64,000 nt of DNA from the human T2T-CHM13v2.0 reference genome, Homo sapiens. Under the pieces are notes generated by a model that saw only the letters and a program-made list of their open reading frames with translations, searched no databases and was not told the DNA's origin. The position numbers and the translations under genes are program-made. Where the stretch lies: NCBI RefSeq assembly GCF_009914755.1, contig NC_060927.1. One strand, given 5' to 3'. Positions 1-11,040 of the stretch are shown piece after piece. Numbering within the stretch: the stretch's first letter is position 1; each line of letters starts with the position of its first letter.

Positions 1-740
1 CCTGGCTAGAGAATTATTGATTTCATTGATGTATTCTAAGAACCAGCTTTTGTTTTTTTTTAATTCTCTATCGATTTCCTGTTTTCAATTTCATTGATCT
101 CTCTTCTAATTTTTGTCATTTCTTTTCCTTTGTTTACTTTGGAATTAATTTGCTCTTTTTCTAGTTTTCTGAGAGGAAACAAATTTTCATACATTGTATT
201 AGTCAAAATATTTAAAACTATCTCCTCAGACATCTTCTTGACCCATGTGTTATTCAGAAGTGTGTTGTTCAATCTCCAAATATGTTGGGATTTTTCAGCT
301 ATCTTTCTGTTATTGATTTCCAGTTTAATTCCATTGTGGTCTGAGAGTACACATCATATGATTTTTATTCTTTTAAATTTGTTAAGTTGTGTTTGATGGC
401 CTTGAATGCAGTCTACTTTGATGAATGTTCCATGCAAGTTTGAGAACACTGTGTATTCTGCTGCTGTTGAATAAAATAGCTTATAGATGTTCGTTATATC
501 CAGTTGATTGATGGTGTTACATTCAATTATGTTCTTACTGATATTCTGCCTGCTAGATCTGTTTATTTATGATAGAGGGGTGTTGTAGTCTCCAATTATG
601 ATAGTGGATTCATTTATTTCTCCTTGTATATATATATTTGCATCTGATATATTCATGCAGTGTTATTAGGTACATACACATTAAGGATTGTTATGTTTTC
701 TTGAAGAATTGACCCATTTATCATTATGTGATGCTGCTTC

Positions 741-1049
741 TTTTTTTTTTTTTTTTTTGAGACTGAGTCTTGCTCTGTCACCCAGGCTGGAGTGCAGTGG
801 CACTATCTCGGCTCACTGAAAGCTCTCCCTCCCAGGTTCACACCATTCTCCTGCCTCAGCCTCCCTCAGCCTCCCGAGTAGCTGGAACTACAGGCGCCCA
901 CCACCACGCCCAGCTAATTTTTTGTATTTTTAGTAGAGATGGGGTTTTACCGTGTTAGCCAGGATGGTCTGGATCTCCTGATTTTGTGATCCGCCTGTCT
1001 CAGACTCCCACAGTGCTGGGATTACAGGCGTGAGTCATCGTGCCTGGCC
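741..1049 (-). mobile_element. AluY-like SINE with a 10-bp internal duplication (cctcagcctc x2)
   Basis: PolyT 741-758, full dimer, Y-type stretches (accgtgttagccaggatggtc, aagctc), TSD-like tgtgatgct..ttc on both sides. Confidence 0.9.
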
Positions 1050-3023
1050 TGTGTGATGCTTCTTTTTATCTCTGATAACTTCTCTTACTCTGAAGAGTAT
1101 TCTGTATGAAATTAATATAAGTATGCCTACTTTTTTTGGATTAGTGTTAGCATAGTATAGCTTTCTCCATCCCTTCACTTTTCATCTACATGTGTCTTTA
1201 TAGTTAAAATAGATTTCTTGTACACAATGTATAGTTGGGTTTCTTGTTTTTGATCCACGGTTGCAATTCTTGTATATTAATTGGTGTACTTAGACAACTG
1301 AGGTTTACAGTGATTATTATTATAGTTGGATTCATATCTACCATATTAATTACTGTTTTCTACTTGTTGCCATTGTCCTTTGTTCCTATTTTTGTCTTCT
1401 ACTCTTTTTGTCCCTTTTTTTCATTTTATAGGAGTCTACTTTCTCTCCTTTCTTAGTGTATCTGTTATACTTTTTGTTTTAGTGGTTGCTCTAGAGTTTA
1501 TAATGTACATTTACAGCTAATCCAAGTCTACTTTTATAAAATACAATACCATTTCATGGATAGTGGGAGTATCTTATAATAATAAAACAATTCCAATTCC
1601 TCTTTTTGTTTCTTATGTCATTGCTGTCATTTATTTTATTTATACATGAACATACATAAATGCACACACATGCACACAAATATACAGCATACAATCAAAT
1701 ACATAGTTGCTATTATTATTCTCAACAAACTGTTGTCTGTTAGATCAATTAATAATTTTTTTAAAAAGATTTTATTTTACCTACACTTGTTCCTTCTTAG
1801 ATACTCTTCCTTTCTTTAAGAAGTTCCAAGTTTCCTACCTATGTAATTTACTTCTCTCTGAAGAACTTCTTTTAACAGTTCTTGCAAAGCAGATCTAATG
1901 GCAACAGATTCTCTCAGCGTTTTTTTGTCTGAGAAAGTCCTTATTTCTCCTTCACGTTTGAAGGATAGTTTTGCAGGGTGCAGAATTTTAGGTTGGTAGT
2001 ATTTTTCTCTCAACACTTTAAATATTCCTCTTCACTGTTTTTGTTTGTTTGTTTGTTTGTGTGGTTTCTGGGGGAAGCCAGATATAATTCTCATCTTTGC
2101 TTCTGTATAGGGAAGATTTTTTTCCCCTTTGTCCTCATTAAATATTTATTTTTATTTTTTATTTTCTGCAGTTTGAATATGATATATCTACATGTGAGAG
2201 GTTTTTTGTTTGTTTTTGTTTGTTTGTTGTTGTTGTTGGTATTTATCGTGCTTGTAGTTCTCTTCCTGGATTTTCGGTGTCTGACATTGATTCGGGGATA
2301 ATTCTCAGTCATTATTGCTTCAAATATTTCTTTGGTTCCCTTCTCTCTTTCTTCTCCTCTGGTATTCCTATTACACATATTTTATATATTTTGTTGCTGT
2401 CTAGTCATGGATTCTTGCCATGTCCAGTCTACTAATATGCCCATCAAAGGCATTCTTCATTTCTGTTATTGTGTTTTTGATTTTTTCTTATAATTTCATC
2501 TATCTGCTTATATTGCCCAACCTTTATTGCATGCTGTCTTCTTTGTCTATTAGAACACTTAGCATATTAATCATAATTGTTTTAAATTCCTGGCCTGATA
2601 ATTCCAACATCTCTGCCATGTCTGATTCTGGTTCTGATTCTTTGTCTCTTCAGACTGTATTTTTTGCCTTTTAGTATGCCTTGTAATTTTTTCTTGATAG
2701 CCAGACATGATGTACTAGGAAAAAAGAACTATGGTAAATAGGCCTCAAGTAACATGGTGGTGAGGTGTGGGTGGAGGGGAAGTGTTCTGTACCCTGTGAT
2801 TTGGTCTCAGTCTTGTAGTGAGCCTGTGCCTCTGGACTGTGAACTTCACAAGTGCTTCTTAGATGCCCCCTCCCCTTACTTGGGACAGGATGGCTAGAAT
2901 GGGCTGAGGTTGGGCATTTCCATTCCCCTAAGTTAGTTAGATTCTGAAAAAACTCCAGTTGTTTAGGCTCTAGTAAAGTAGTTTCTCTTTAACGCACGCC
3001 TTGTTAAGAACAGCGTGTATTTC

Positions 3024-3261
3024 TTTTTTTTTTTTTAAAGTTTTTTTTTATGTGTATTCAAGGGCTTTTATTTATTCATAACTCATTTATTTCCACGAAG
3101 TAGTTGTGGCAATTCATAAGAAAATATACTAAAAAATATAAAGCTATAAATAAACAAAATTCAGGACCAGAGAAAATGTAGCACCATTAGAAGATCAAGA
3201 CAAGGATGTAGGCATAGCCTATACACTTTGGTCATCTTTATTAAAAAAGAAGCCATAAATT

Positions 3262-3263
<2 letters not shown>
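3024..3263 (-). other. 3'-transduced unique sequence plus second poly(A) tail carried by the SVA
   Basis: Lies between the SVA poly(A) (T-run 3264-3292) and a second T-rich tail (3024-3049). Minus-strand AATAAA at 3067-3076. Enclosed with the SVA by an 18-bp TSD (3006-3023 / 3912-3929). Confidence 0.85.
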
Positions 3264-3294
<31 letters not shown>

Positions 3295-3911
3295 TATTTA
3301 TTGATCATTCTTGGGTGTTTCTCGGAGAGGGGGATTTGGCAGGGTCATAGGACAATAGTGGAGGGAAGGTCAGCAGATAAACATGTGAACAAGGGTCTCT
3401 GGTTTTCCTAGGCAGAGGACCCTGTGGCCTTCCGCAGTGTTTGTGTCCCTGGGTACTTGAGATTAGGGAGTGGTGATGACTCTTAATGAGCATGCTGCCT
3501 TCAAGCATCTGTTTAACAAAGCACATCTTGCACCGCCCTTAATCCATTTAACCCTGAGTGGACACAGCACATGTTTCAGAGAGCACGGGGTTGGGGGTAA
3601 GGTTATAGATTAACAGCATCCCAAGGCAGAAGAATTTTTCTTAGTGCAGAACAAAATGGAGTCTCCTATGTCTACTTCTTTCTACACAGACACAGTAACA
3701 ATCTGATCTCTCTTTCTTTTCCCCACATTTTCCCCTTTTCTATTCGACAAAACCGCCATCGTCATCATGGCCCGTTCCCAATGAGCTGTCGGGTACACCT
3801 CCCAGACGGGGTGGCGGCCGGGCAGAGGGGCTCCTCACTTCCCAGACGGGGCAGCCGGGCAGAAGCGCCCCCCACCTCCCTCCCGGACGGGGCGGCTGGC
3901 CGGGCGGGGGC
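3264..3911 (-). mobile_element. 5'-truncated SVA retrotransposon (SINE-R plus end of VNTR), older SVA_B/C-like
   Basis: Canonical SVA 3' end (gaatgatcaataaatact-A29 on minus), complete SINE-R, GC-rich VNTR units at 3797-3910. No Alu-like part or hexamer head. Subfamily judged from recalled diagnostics. Confidence 0.93.
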
Positions 3912-4949
3912 AAGAACAGTGTGTATTTCAGAATGGTTCCTTTTCCCCTCTCCTTGTTGAAAACATGAGGAGATTACAAAAAAAAAATTATTGTGAGAAC
4001 CTGGTTGAGCTCTTACTGGTAAAACTTGCAAGAGTGCGGGGCTTCCCCTATGCAAGGTCCCCTTGGAGCTTTTAACTCTTAGTGTCCACACTGAGCCTCC
4101 AGCTGTTCATCAATTACAGTTCAGGTGTTCCTATCCTGGCACTGGTTCCTGAGATTCCTGCTTGTGGATTTCTACTGCAGCAAGTTATGCTTCTTATGTT
4201 CTCCTTTCTGTTGCTTCCATTTTAGGGGCAGCAGTTTGCCCTGTGACCATGCTTCTCTAAGAAGAGTTGTTGATTTTTAGTTTATTCAGCTTTTTACTTG
4301 TTAGGATGGAGTGATGACTTCTAAGCTTTTTACAGGAATAACTGTTGGTTATTACTTTTAATAGGAATCATGGCCATTTACATACTCATGAACCTTCAGG
4401 CCACGACTTTTCAGAAGTGGACATTCCTTTTTCACTCTTTTTCTTCTCCTACCAGTTGAATTTTAAAGAAGTCAGCCTGGTTCTCAGAGTGACTACAGAG
4501 AATACATCATTCCTGTCCCGCTTCCGGTATTACCAAGATCCATTTTGGCTTTTACAGGATTAAGTAATAAGCTCTCATTGTGCTAAACCATTGAGATTTT
4601 GGGGTTTGTCTGTTACAGCAGCTAGTGTGTTATGTGAACTAATGTAACAGGCATTGCTTGGAGATGCTCCCTGGGGATCTCCATTTCTCTACTCATCATG
4701 GATGTTATGGCAGATATTGCAGACTGGCTCACTCTCCTCCATTCCAAACTTTTTGTAGTATGCAAGGTAAATTGTAGAAAGGCAAAGATATTTCCATATT
4801 TCCCCAGACACCCATTTTTAGTTCAGGTTTCACAGGAGACAGATTTTGCCAACAGATGTACTTGTGTGAAATTTGAGAAACAGCAATGAACATAGTGAGG
4901 TGGAGGTTGTGCTTTCACTATTACTACTGTTTCTTCTGGCAATAATGTT

Positions 4950-5390
4950 TGTGAAATTGAAAGTAGTAGGAAACCCACCTACAGTGGTGTAAGCAAATAG
5001 AAGCCTATTTTTCTCAGATAGCAAGAAGTTTGGATGTAGGCAATCATTGGATTTGTCCATGAGTTTACCAATATCAGGATCAATCAGGATCAGTATCTGT
5101 GCAGTTTTTTCGAATTTTCCTTCATGGCTACAAGACCATTGTTGGAGCTGCTTTATTCAAGGCAAAACAAACAAAATAAAAACAATAGAAAAGGAAAACA
5201 GTAACATCAACTATGTCTGCCTGTTTTATCAGAAGACAGGTTTTCCCAGAAGCCCTCAAAACCGGCTTACCCAAGGTCTCACTGTCGAAATTTGGGCATG
5301 TTACCACCTGAAAATTAGGATTCTATTGGCAAGGAAAAAGGAGGGAAAGTTATGGGAGTGCCATAATGCATAGAACTCATAGTCTCTGCC
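4950..5390 (-). mobile_element. Degenerate MLT1-type (MaLR) LTR fragment
   Basis: Resembles the reverse-strand MLT1 terminus (agtaggaaacccacctacagtggtgtaagcaaatagaag...tttttctcagatagcaagaagtttgga). Confidence 0.4.
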
Positions 5391-6204
5391 CTCAAGGATC
5401 TAATGATGGCTTGTAGAGCAAAACATATGCATGGATATTTGAATAATAGTATAAGAGTTAAGAAAAAATATAAGGTAATAATAACATAAGTGATAGAGCA
5501 GATATTTTAGAGGAAGTGGACACTTTAGCGTTCAAATGCAGCCTATCTCCATTTTAAGTAGGGCTGACATGAAGGGATTCTGTGTTTTAGTTGGACCTGC
5601 AGGCAGCTTCTTCCTTGCTGCATGGTGTCATGCTGATGTCACCTGCCAAAGCAGAAGAGTGTTCTGAGAAAATGTCCAAATGAAGTGCCTTCTACAGTGT
5701 TGATGGGCAGGGAGTGGTGAACTTAACCTCATCCCAGGTCGATAAAAGGGCACCATAGGAATTGAGGAAAGATTCCAAACACAAGTCTAGAAGTTTATTT
5801 TGTGAGTAGAATGTTTCTCTGAATGCTGGAAACAATAAAGCCAACCACTTGCCTGTAATTAGCCTGGACCCCATAAGTCACCCAGACATAATACCAAGCT
5901 CTAAAATTGCCTTCAGAGTAAGGGGCCAGCACCCTGGAGTTACAGGCACTTGCTTTTTTGGCACCAGATTTATTGACATTAATGATCCCAATCCCATATG
6001 GAGTTCCCTGGACTGTTTAGATAATGAATTTGCCTTATGACAGCAGTGCTCCTTCTAATGAGGAATGAGTATTTTCTATAAGTTTTTATTTTAATGTGGT
6101 GGCTCTTGTGATATTGATCACTGGATCATGTGCTGTTCAAGCTCAGCTTTAATTTTCTCGATAACATGGTTCGCCAATCCATTGGGATGCTGGTTTAAAC
6201 AAGG

Positions 6205-6890
6205 ATGGAATTCTACAGAACTGCCTCTCCCATATCCCTAGGGCCCTCATTGTGCCTCAGGTCGAATTCCAACTGCCAGTATATGCATCTCTTGCCTGAG
6301 GGCGTTCTTTGAAATTATGTGAGGACTTTGTCTGCCCACCCTGCAGGCTGGAAGTGTCAGAAGATTAATGTCACCCTTCCTCTGGAATAGCTCTCAACCA
6401 AAGATTGATGGGATTTGATGGCTCCTCTAGTGGGAGAATGCTAAGGCTTGTATTCTCCACTTTTCCCAGAGTGTCTTCCTAGCATTAAGCTACAGTAGCC
6501 CATGATGGTTGCTGGTTTACGAATACACCCTTGATTGAAGATGCGCCTTCCCTGTTTCACTTTCCCCTGCTCCTCTGCACTGATTTCCTCGAGCAGGCTC
6601 ACATTTCAAGCAAGGAACATCAATGTTATTAATTGACTGTGAAAAAGAAAAAGCCCTCACAACCCCAAGAAGACCAAAAGAAAGAAATATGGCTATTTCC
6701 AAGTTTTATGATGACAGAGGGAAGGTTCCGCCAGAGAGAGTCTGCCAGAGGGAGAAGTGCAAAGGGCTGATGGGTAACAAGCTATGAATGGTATTATAAT
6801 AAGTATTAATAATTCTGCTCCTTTGCCACCCCAATAACAACTTTCACTCATATCCTTGTCTAGGAGTCTGCTTCTTAGGGACCCAAGTTA
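6205..6890 (+). mobile_element. LTR16C-like ERVL solo LTR, split by a ~240-bp insertion at 6575-6814
   Basis: LTR16 hallmarks: ccttccctgtttcactttcccctgctcc before the insert; ccaataacaactttcactcatatccttgtctaggagtctgcttcttagggacccaa after it. Confidence 0.65.
6575..6814 (+). repeat. Inverted diverged copy of 8660-8907, flanked by the 8-bp direct repeat ctgctcct
   Basis: Shared blocks with the reverse complement of 8660-8907: ctgcactg, aggaacatcaatgttat, aaccccaagaaga, atttccaagttttat, tctgccaga, aagtgcaaagg, gctatgaat. ctgctcct occurs at 6567-6574 and 6815-6822. Confidence 0.85.
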
Positions 6891-7324
6891 ATTCATGAAG
6901 ATTGCTCAGATTTTTTCTTCTTGCAGACTGTGTTTTTTTTTTGTTTTTTGTTTTTTGTTTTTTGTTTTTACTACAACTATCTCTTCTGTGATGAACATCC
7001 AAGTGTTTCAGAGGAAACATAACCTAAAATGAGCCCCAGTATATTAGTCATGAAGAAAGGACATTTGGTTGGCTTCTCTGATTGACCCAAAGCAGAAACA
7101 TGCACAAGGGACAAAATCAGAAAAATGAACATAGCATGTTGATTCCAAGCTCTTTCTGGAGACCTCTAGGCCTGGTAAACTAGTTTATACCATGTGATAT
7201 CCCTGGACCATGTCTACAATATACACAGATCACATGGCCTCTTTGTGTCCTTTACAAAGGACACTCTAAAGTTGAGACCTCTTCAAAGCAGGAAGCAGCC
7301 ACAGGTCTTTCCTGGCTTCCTGAC

Positions 7325-7796
7325 TGTGAGGCCTCTGAGCCCAGGCCAGGCCATCGCATCCCCTGTGACTTGCACGTATACATCCCGATGGCCTGAAGTA
7401 ACTGAAGATCCACAAAAGAAGTAAAAACAGCCTTAACTGATGACATTCCACCATTGTGATTTGTTCCTGCCCCACCCTAACTGATCAATGTGCTTTGTAG
7501 TCTCCCCCACCCTTAAGAAGGTACTTTGTAGTCTCCCCCACCCTTAAGAAGGTTCTTTGTAATTCTCCCCACCCTTGAGAATGTACTTTGTGAGATCCAC
7601 CCCTGCCCACCAGAGAACAACCCCCTTTGACTGTAATTTTCCATTACCTTCCCAAATCCTATAAAACGGCCCCACCCCTATCTCCCTTCACTGACTCTCT
7701 TTTCGGACTCAGCCCACCTGCACCCAGGTGAAATAAACAGCCATGTTGCTCACACAAAGCCTGTTTGGTGGTCTCTTCACACGGACGCGCATGAAA
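7325..7796 (+). mobile_element. Solo LTR7Y (HERV-H LTR), 472 bp
   Basis: Runs tgtgaggcctctgagcccagg ... cggacgcgcatgaaa. 5-bp TSD ctgac (7320-7324 / 7797-7801). Internal ~32-bp repeats with CCCCACCC, TATA box (tataaaa 7659-7665), AATAAA ~7732. Confidence 0.93.
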
Positions 7797-7968
7797 CTGA
7801 CCCCAAGGGGAATAAGATGACAACATTCTAAAGAGACAAAGTCAAGAGAGACATGTCCTAGTGGAAGCCCAAACATTTGTTTAAACTTTTAGCTCATCAC
7901 CCCTAAACACTGTGACTTGACTCATTTATATTTGTTCTCTTTCCTTGGTGTACACTTGAAGATGGTGA

Positions 7969-8422
7969 CTTTATTGGTTTGCAAGAGTTGCCATAACAAA
8001 GTACCACAAACTGGGTGCCTTAAATGACAGAAATTTATTGTCTCCCAGTTCAAGAGTAAGGCGTTAACAAGGTTGGTTCCTTCTGATGGCTGTGAGGGAA
8101 GATCTCTTCCATGTCTCTCTCCTAGCTTCTGGAAGTTTGTTGGCAATCTTTGGTGTTCCTTGGTTTATAGATGCATGACCCAGATCTCTGCCTTTATGTT
8201 CCCATGGTGCTCTCCCAGTGTGTGTGTTTATGTCCAAATTTCCCCTTTGTATAAGGACAACAGTCATAATGGATTAGGAGCCCACCCTACTCCAATATGA
8301 CCTTGTCATAACTTACTAATTATGTCTACAATGACTCTATTTCTAAATAAGGTCACATTCGAGATACTGGAGGTTAAGATCTCAAAATATGATTTTTTGG
8401 GGACACAATTCAGTGAATAACA
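7969..8422 (-). mobile_element. MLT1B/C MaLR solo LTR
   Basis: gttgccataacaaagtaccacaaactgggtgccttaaa...ggacacaattcag; typical reverse-strand MLT1 LTR. Confidence 0.8.
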
Positions 8423-8434
8423 GTGACCCAGGCA

Positions 8435-8680
8435 GGGAGTACAGTATAATGGTTAAGAAGTAGGCCTTGGAGATCAAACTGACTTAGTTGAAATTTTAAC
8501 TGTACTACTTACTTGCTCAATGATTTTGAGTAACCTATTTAATCTTTCTGAATTTTAGTTTCCTCATCTGTACAATGGAGATGATAATAGCTACCTCAGA
8601 GAACTGTTGAGAGAATTAAATTCAGTGATGATTGTAAATGCAGAGTAAGTGAGAATAAATAACAATTCTTATTACTATTC
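8435..8680 (+). mobile_element. MIR SINE
   Basis: Core motif tttagtttcctcatctgtacaatggagatgataatagctacctcagagaactgttgagagaattaaat. Confidence 0.8.
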
Positions 8681-9361
8681 ATAGCCCCTTGCCCACCAGT
8701 CCTTTGCACTTTCCTGTCTGGCAGAGTCTATCAGAGAAGCTCTTTGGGTCAGAGCTCTCTTTTCATCATCAATAAAACTTGGAAATGGCAGTGTTTCTCC
8801 CCCTTGATCTTCTTGGGGTTACCAGAACTTTTCCATTTTTAGAGTCAATTGATAACATTGATGTTCCTCACACAATTGTGTGGGCCTGCTGGGGGAAAGC
8901 AGTGCAGGCCCAGATAGGAGAGATGGTCTTTATAAATCAAAAAAACATACTCCATTACCTAACCTTTTGAATTTTCCCTAGTACATCCTGCTAGAAAAGA
9001 GAAACCAGTTCTCAAATTTTAGTGCTGTTCTTTGGTCAACTTTAACCTGAAAGAGATTATAAATTTTCATTATTTCATAGTACCTTTATTAACACAGGTG
9101 AACACTGTTTTTCATAGGCAGTCTTTTACTCTATGATACACAGAAATACCCAGAATTTGCTGAATTGGATAAACTGGCTGTCTAAAGACTTGGGCAAAAC
9201 TGATGATCAGTAGACTTAGAGGGTCAGAGAGACAGAAAATTCCTTGAATATTAGGAGTCAAGACGGAGATTCTTAGGCACTCAGAAAAATTGTAGAGGGG
9301 TAGAGATTTAGGGGGAAAAAAAGGAAACATTTGTTAACTATCTACTCTAAACAGAACACTT

Positions 9362-9680
9362 GGCAACGTACAGTGGCTAATGCCTATAGTCCCAGCACTT
9401 TGAGAGGCCAAGGCGGGCTGATTGCTTGAGCCCAGGAGTTTGAGAACAGCTTGGGCAACATGAAGAGACATCATCTCTACAAAAAATACAAAAATTAGCT
9501 GAGTGTGGTGGCACACACCTGTAGTCCCAGCTACTTGGGAGTCTGAGGTGGGAGGATCATTTGAGCCTCAGGGGTGGAGGTTGCAGTGAACAGAGAATGG
9601 AGATCATGCCACTGCACTCCAGCCTGGGTGACAGAGCAAGACTCCATCTCAAAAACAAAACAAAACAAAACAAAAACAAA
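9362..9680 (+). mobile_element. AluJ-like SINE
   Basis: Dimeric Alu with gattgcttgagcccaggagtttgag, (CAAAA)n tail, TSD-like gaacactt on both sides. Confidence 0.88.
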
Positions 9681-10529
9681 CCCAGGAACACTTAGTGTTT
9701 TTTTCTTTCTTTTTTTTTTTTAACCAGTTTTGCCACTGTCTTAATTGGCTATCCCCTCCCCTGTCTCTCAGAGCCTGGGTTTCCTGCCTCTAGGGAAAGC
9801 CATTCACATCTTCATGAGGAGAATGGAAGGCAAGTCTCCTGGAATTTCCCTGTTTTTTGGAATTTTTGCAGACCACCTTCCATTCACCCATGATGACCCA
9901 CTGCTCCTTGCCTCTGCATTCTTAGCTCTTGGGACTTCGTTTGTCTCTTTCAGTTTCTGATAAAGGGACCTTCACCGCCATTTCCTTTGATGACCCATTT
10001 TGGGCATAGTTCTTTGACTTAACTGTCCTTTCCCTCAGCTGCAAGGCTGGCCCCATCCCCAGTGATCACCCCGCTTCCTGTTCCTGCTTTAAATAACTAT
10101 CTGGGATTCTCACTGGGGGGATCAGTCAGACATAGCTTTACAACCATGCTTATGTTTAGTCCTCAAAGATATTGGGCAGTGTGCTCTAGAAAGGAGTCTA
10201 TCACTCTACAAATGGGAAGATACTCTGGGTTTGGAGTCTTTTCACAAATGTTTTCATGTTCACCAGAACTTCTGAAGTTGGCATGTACCTTTGTCTAGTG
10301 AGGTCATGCTGGGCCATCTCCATTTGTTTCTTCTCTGGACACGCTTTGGATAGATCCTGCAAGATGGGGAAGGTTATCAAGTTAGAAAGACAACAAGGAT
10401 ATTTGCTCACACCAAACAACTTTATTGAATAAACCCCTTGTTGTGCATTCTTCTTCTTAAGATGGTTGGATTCAGTGGTTTTACTGTAGCAGAATTGCTG
10501 TGGAAAATGGGGTGGCATATATATACTGG

Positions 10530-10915
10530 TGAGATATTACCAAAATAATGCTGTGTAACAAACCATTCCAAGAGTCAATGGCTTAAAACAATATTTTAAA
10601 AAATATTTATGACTTGGCAGGCCAACTACAACTTAGCTGGGCTGGCATTCTGTTCCAGTCTCCAGGCTGCAGATTGGATTCGGGCAAGCTCTGTGTGTTT
10701 TAATCTGAGGCCCAGGCCAAAGAGGAAGCAACTATCTGGAGTAATCACTCTCATCGTAAATAACTAGAGTGCAAAAGAGCAGCCCAGCAATACAAACATA
10801 TTTCAAGCCTCTGTTCATTTCACATGATCCAGCCCGAAGTCAAGAGGTAGGTATCCACCCTTCGTGAAGCCATAGCAAGATGGTGGATGATTCCACCACA
10901 GGAGAATGATATATT
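10530..10915 (-). mobile_element. Old MLT1 (G/H/I-like) LTR
   Basis: aataatgctgtgtaacaaaccattccaagagtcaatggcttaaaacaa matches the MLT1 terminus. Confidence 0.6.
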
Positions 10916-10920
10916 TGGAC

Positions 10921-11040
10921 ATATATCTTCAAATAAAATTTATTTTATTTAATATGTATCTTCAAATATGTATATGTATCTTCAAATACATATAGTATTT
11001 TATTTATATGTATCTTCAAATAAATTTATTTATATTTATC
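10921..11040. repeat. AT-rich low-complexity repeat (atatgtatcttcaaata units)
   Basis: tatcttcaaata recurs four times. Confidence 0.7.

Larger units (their letters stand above)
1..4330 (-). mobile_element. Old L1M-type LINE-1 (ORF2 5' part, ORF1, 5' UTR), decayed; interrupted by an AluY and an SVA
   Basis: Minus-strand ORF fragments resemble L1 ORF2 (KIRREINEIENRKSIE) and ORF1 (LREKYYQPKILHPAKLSFKREGEIRTFSDK; REKGTKEIFEAIMTENYP). The plus strand is T-rich. The right boundary is approximate. Confidence 0.85.

Noticed and set aside
3797-3911. CpG-rich patch as a CpG-island promoter
   Set aside because: It is the SVA VNTR remnant.
7480-7600. ~32-bp tandem repeats as a novel repeat
   Set aside because: These are the normal internal U3 repeats of LTR7-family LTRs.
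6517-8970. Two similar short ORFs (6517-6702 minus, 8779-8970 plus) as a duplicated micropeptide gene pair
   Set aside because: Both start at TTG rather than ATG, the frames diverge beyond IDVP, and the similarity is fully explained by the DNA-level inverted copy.
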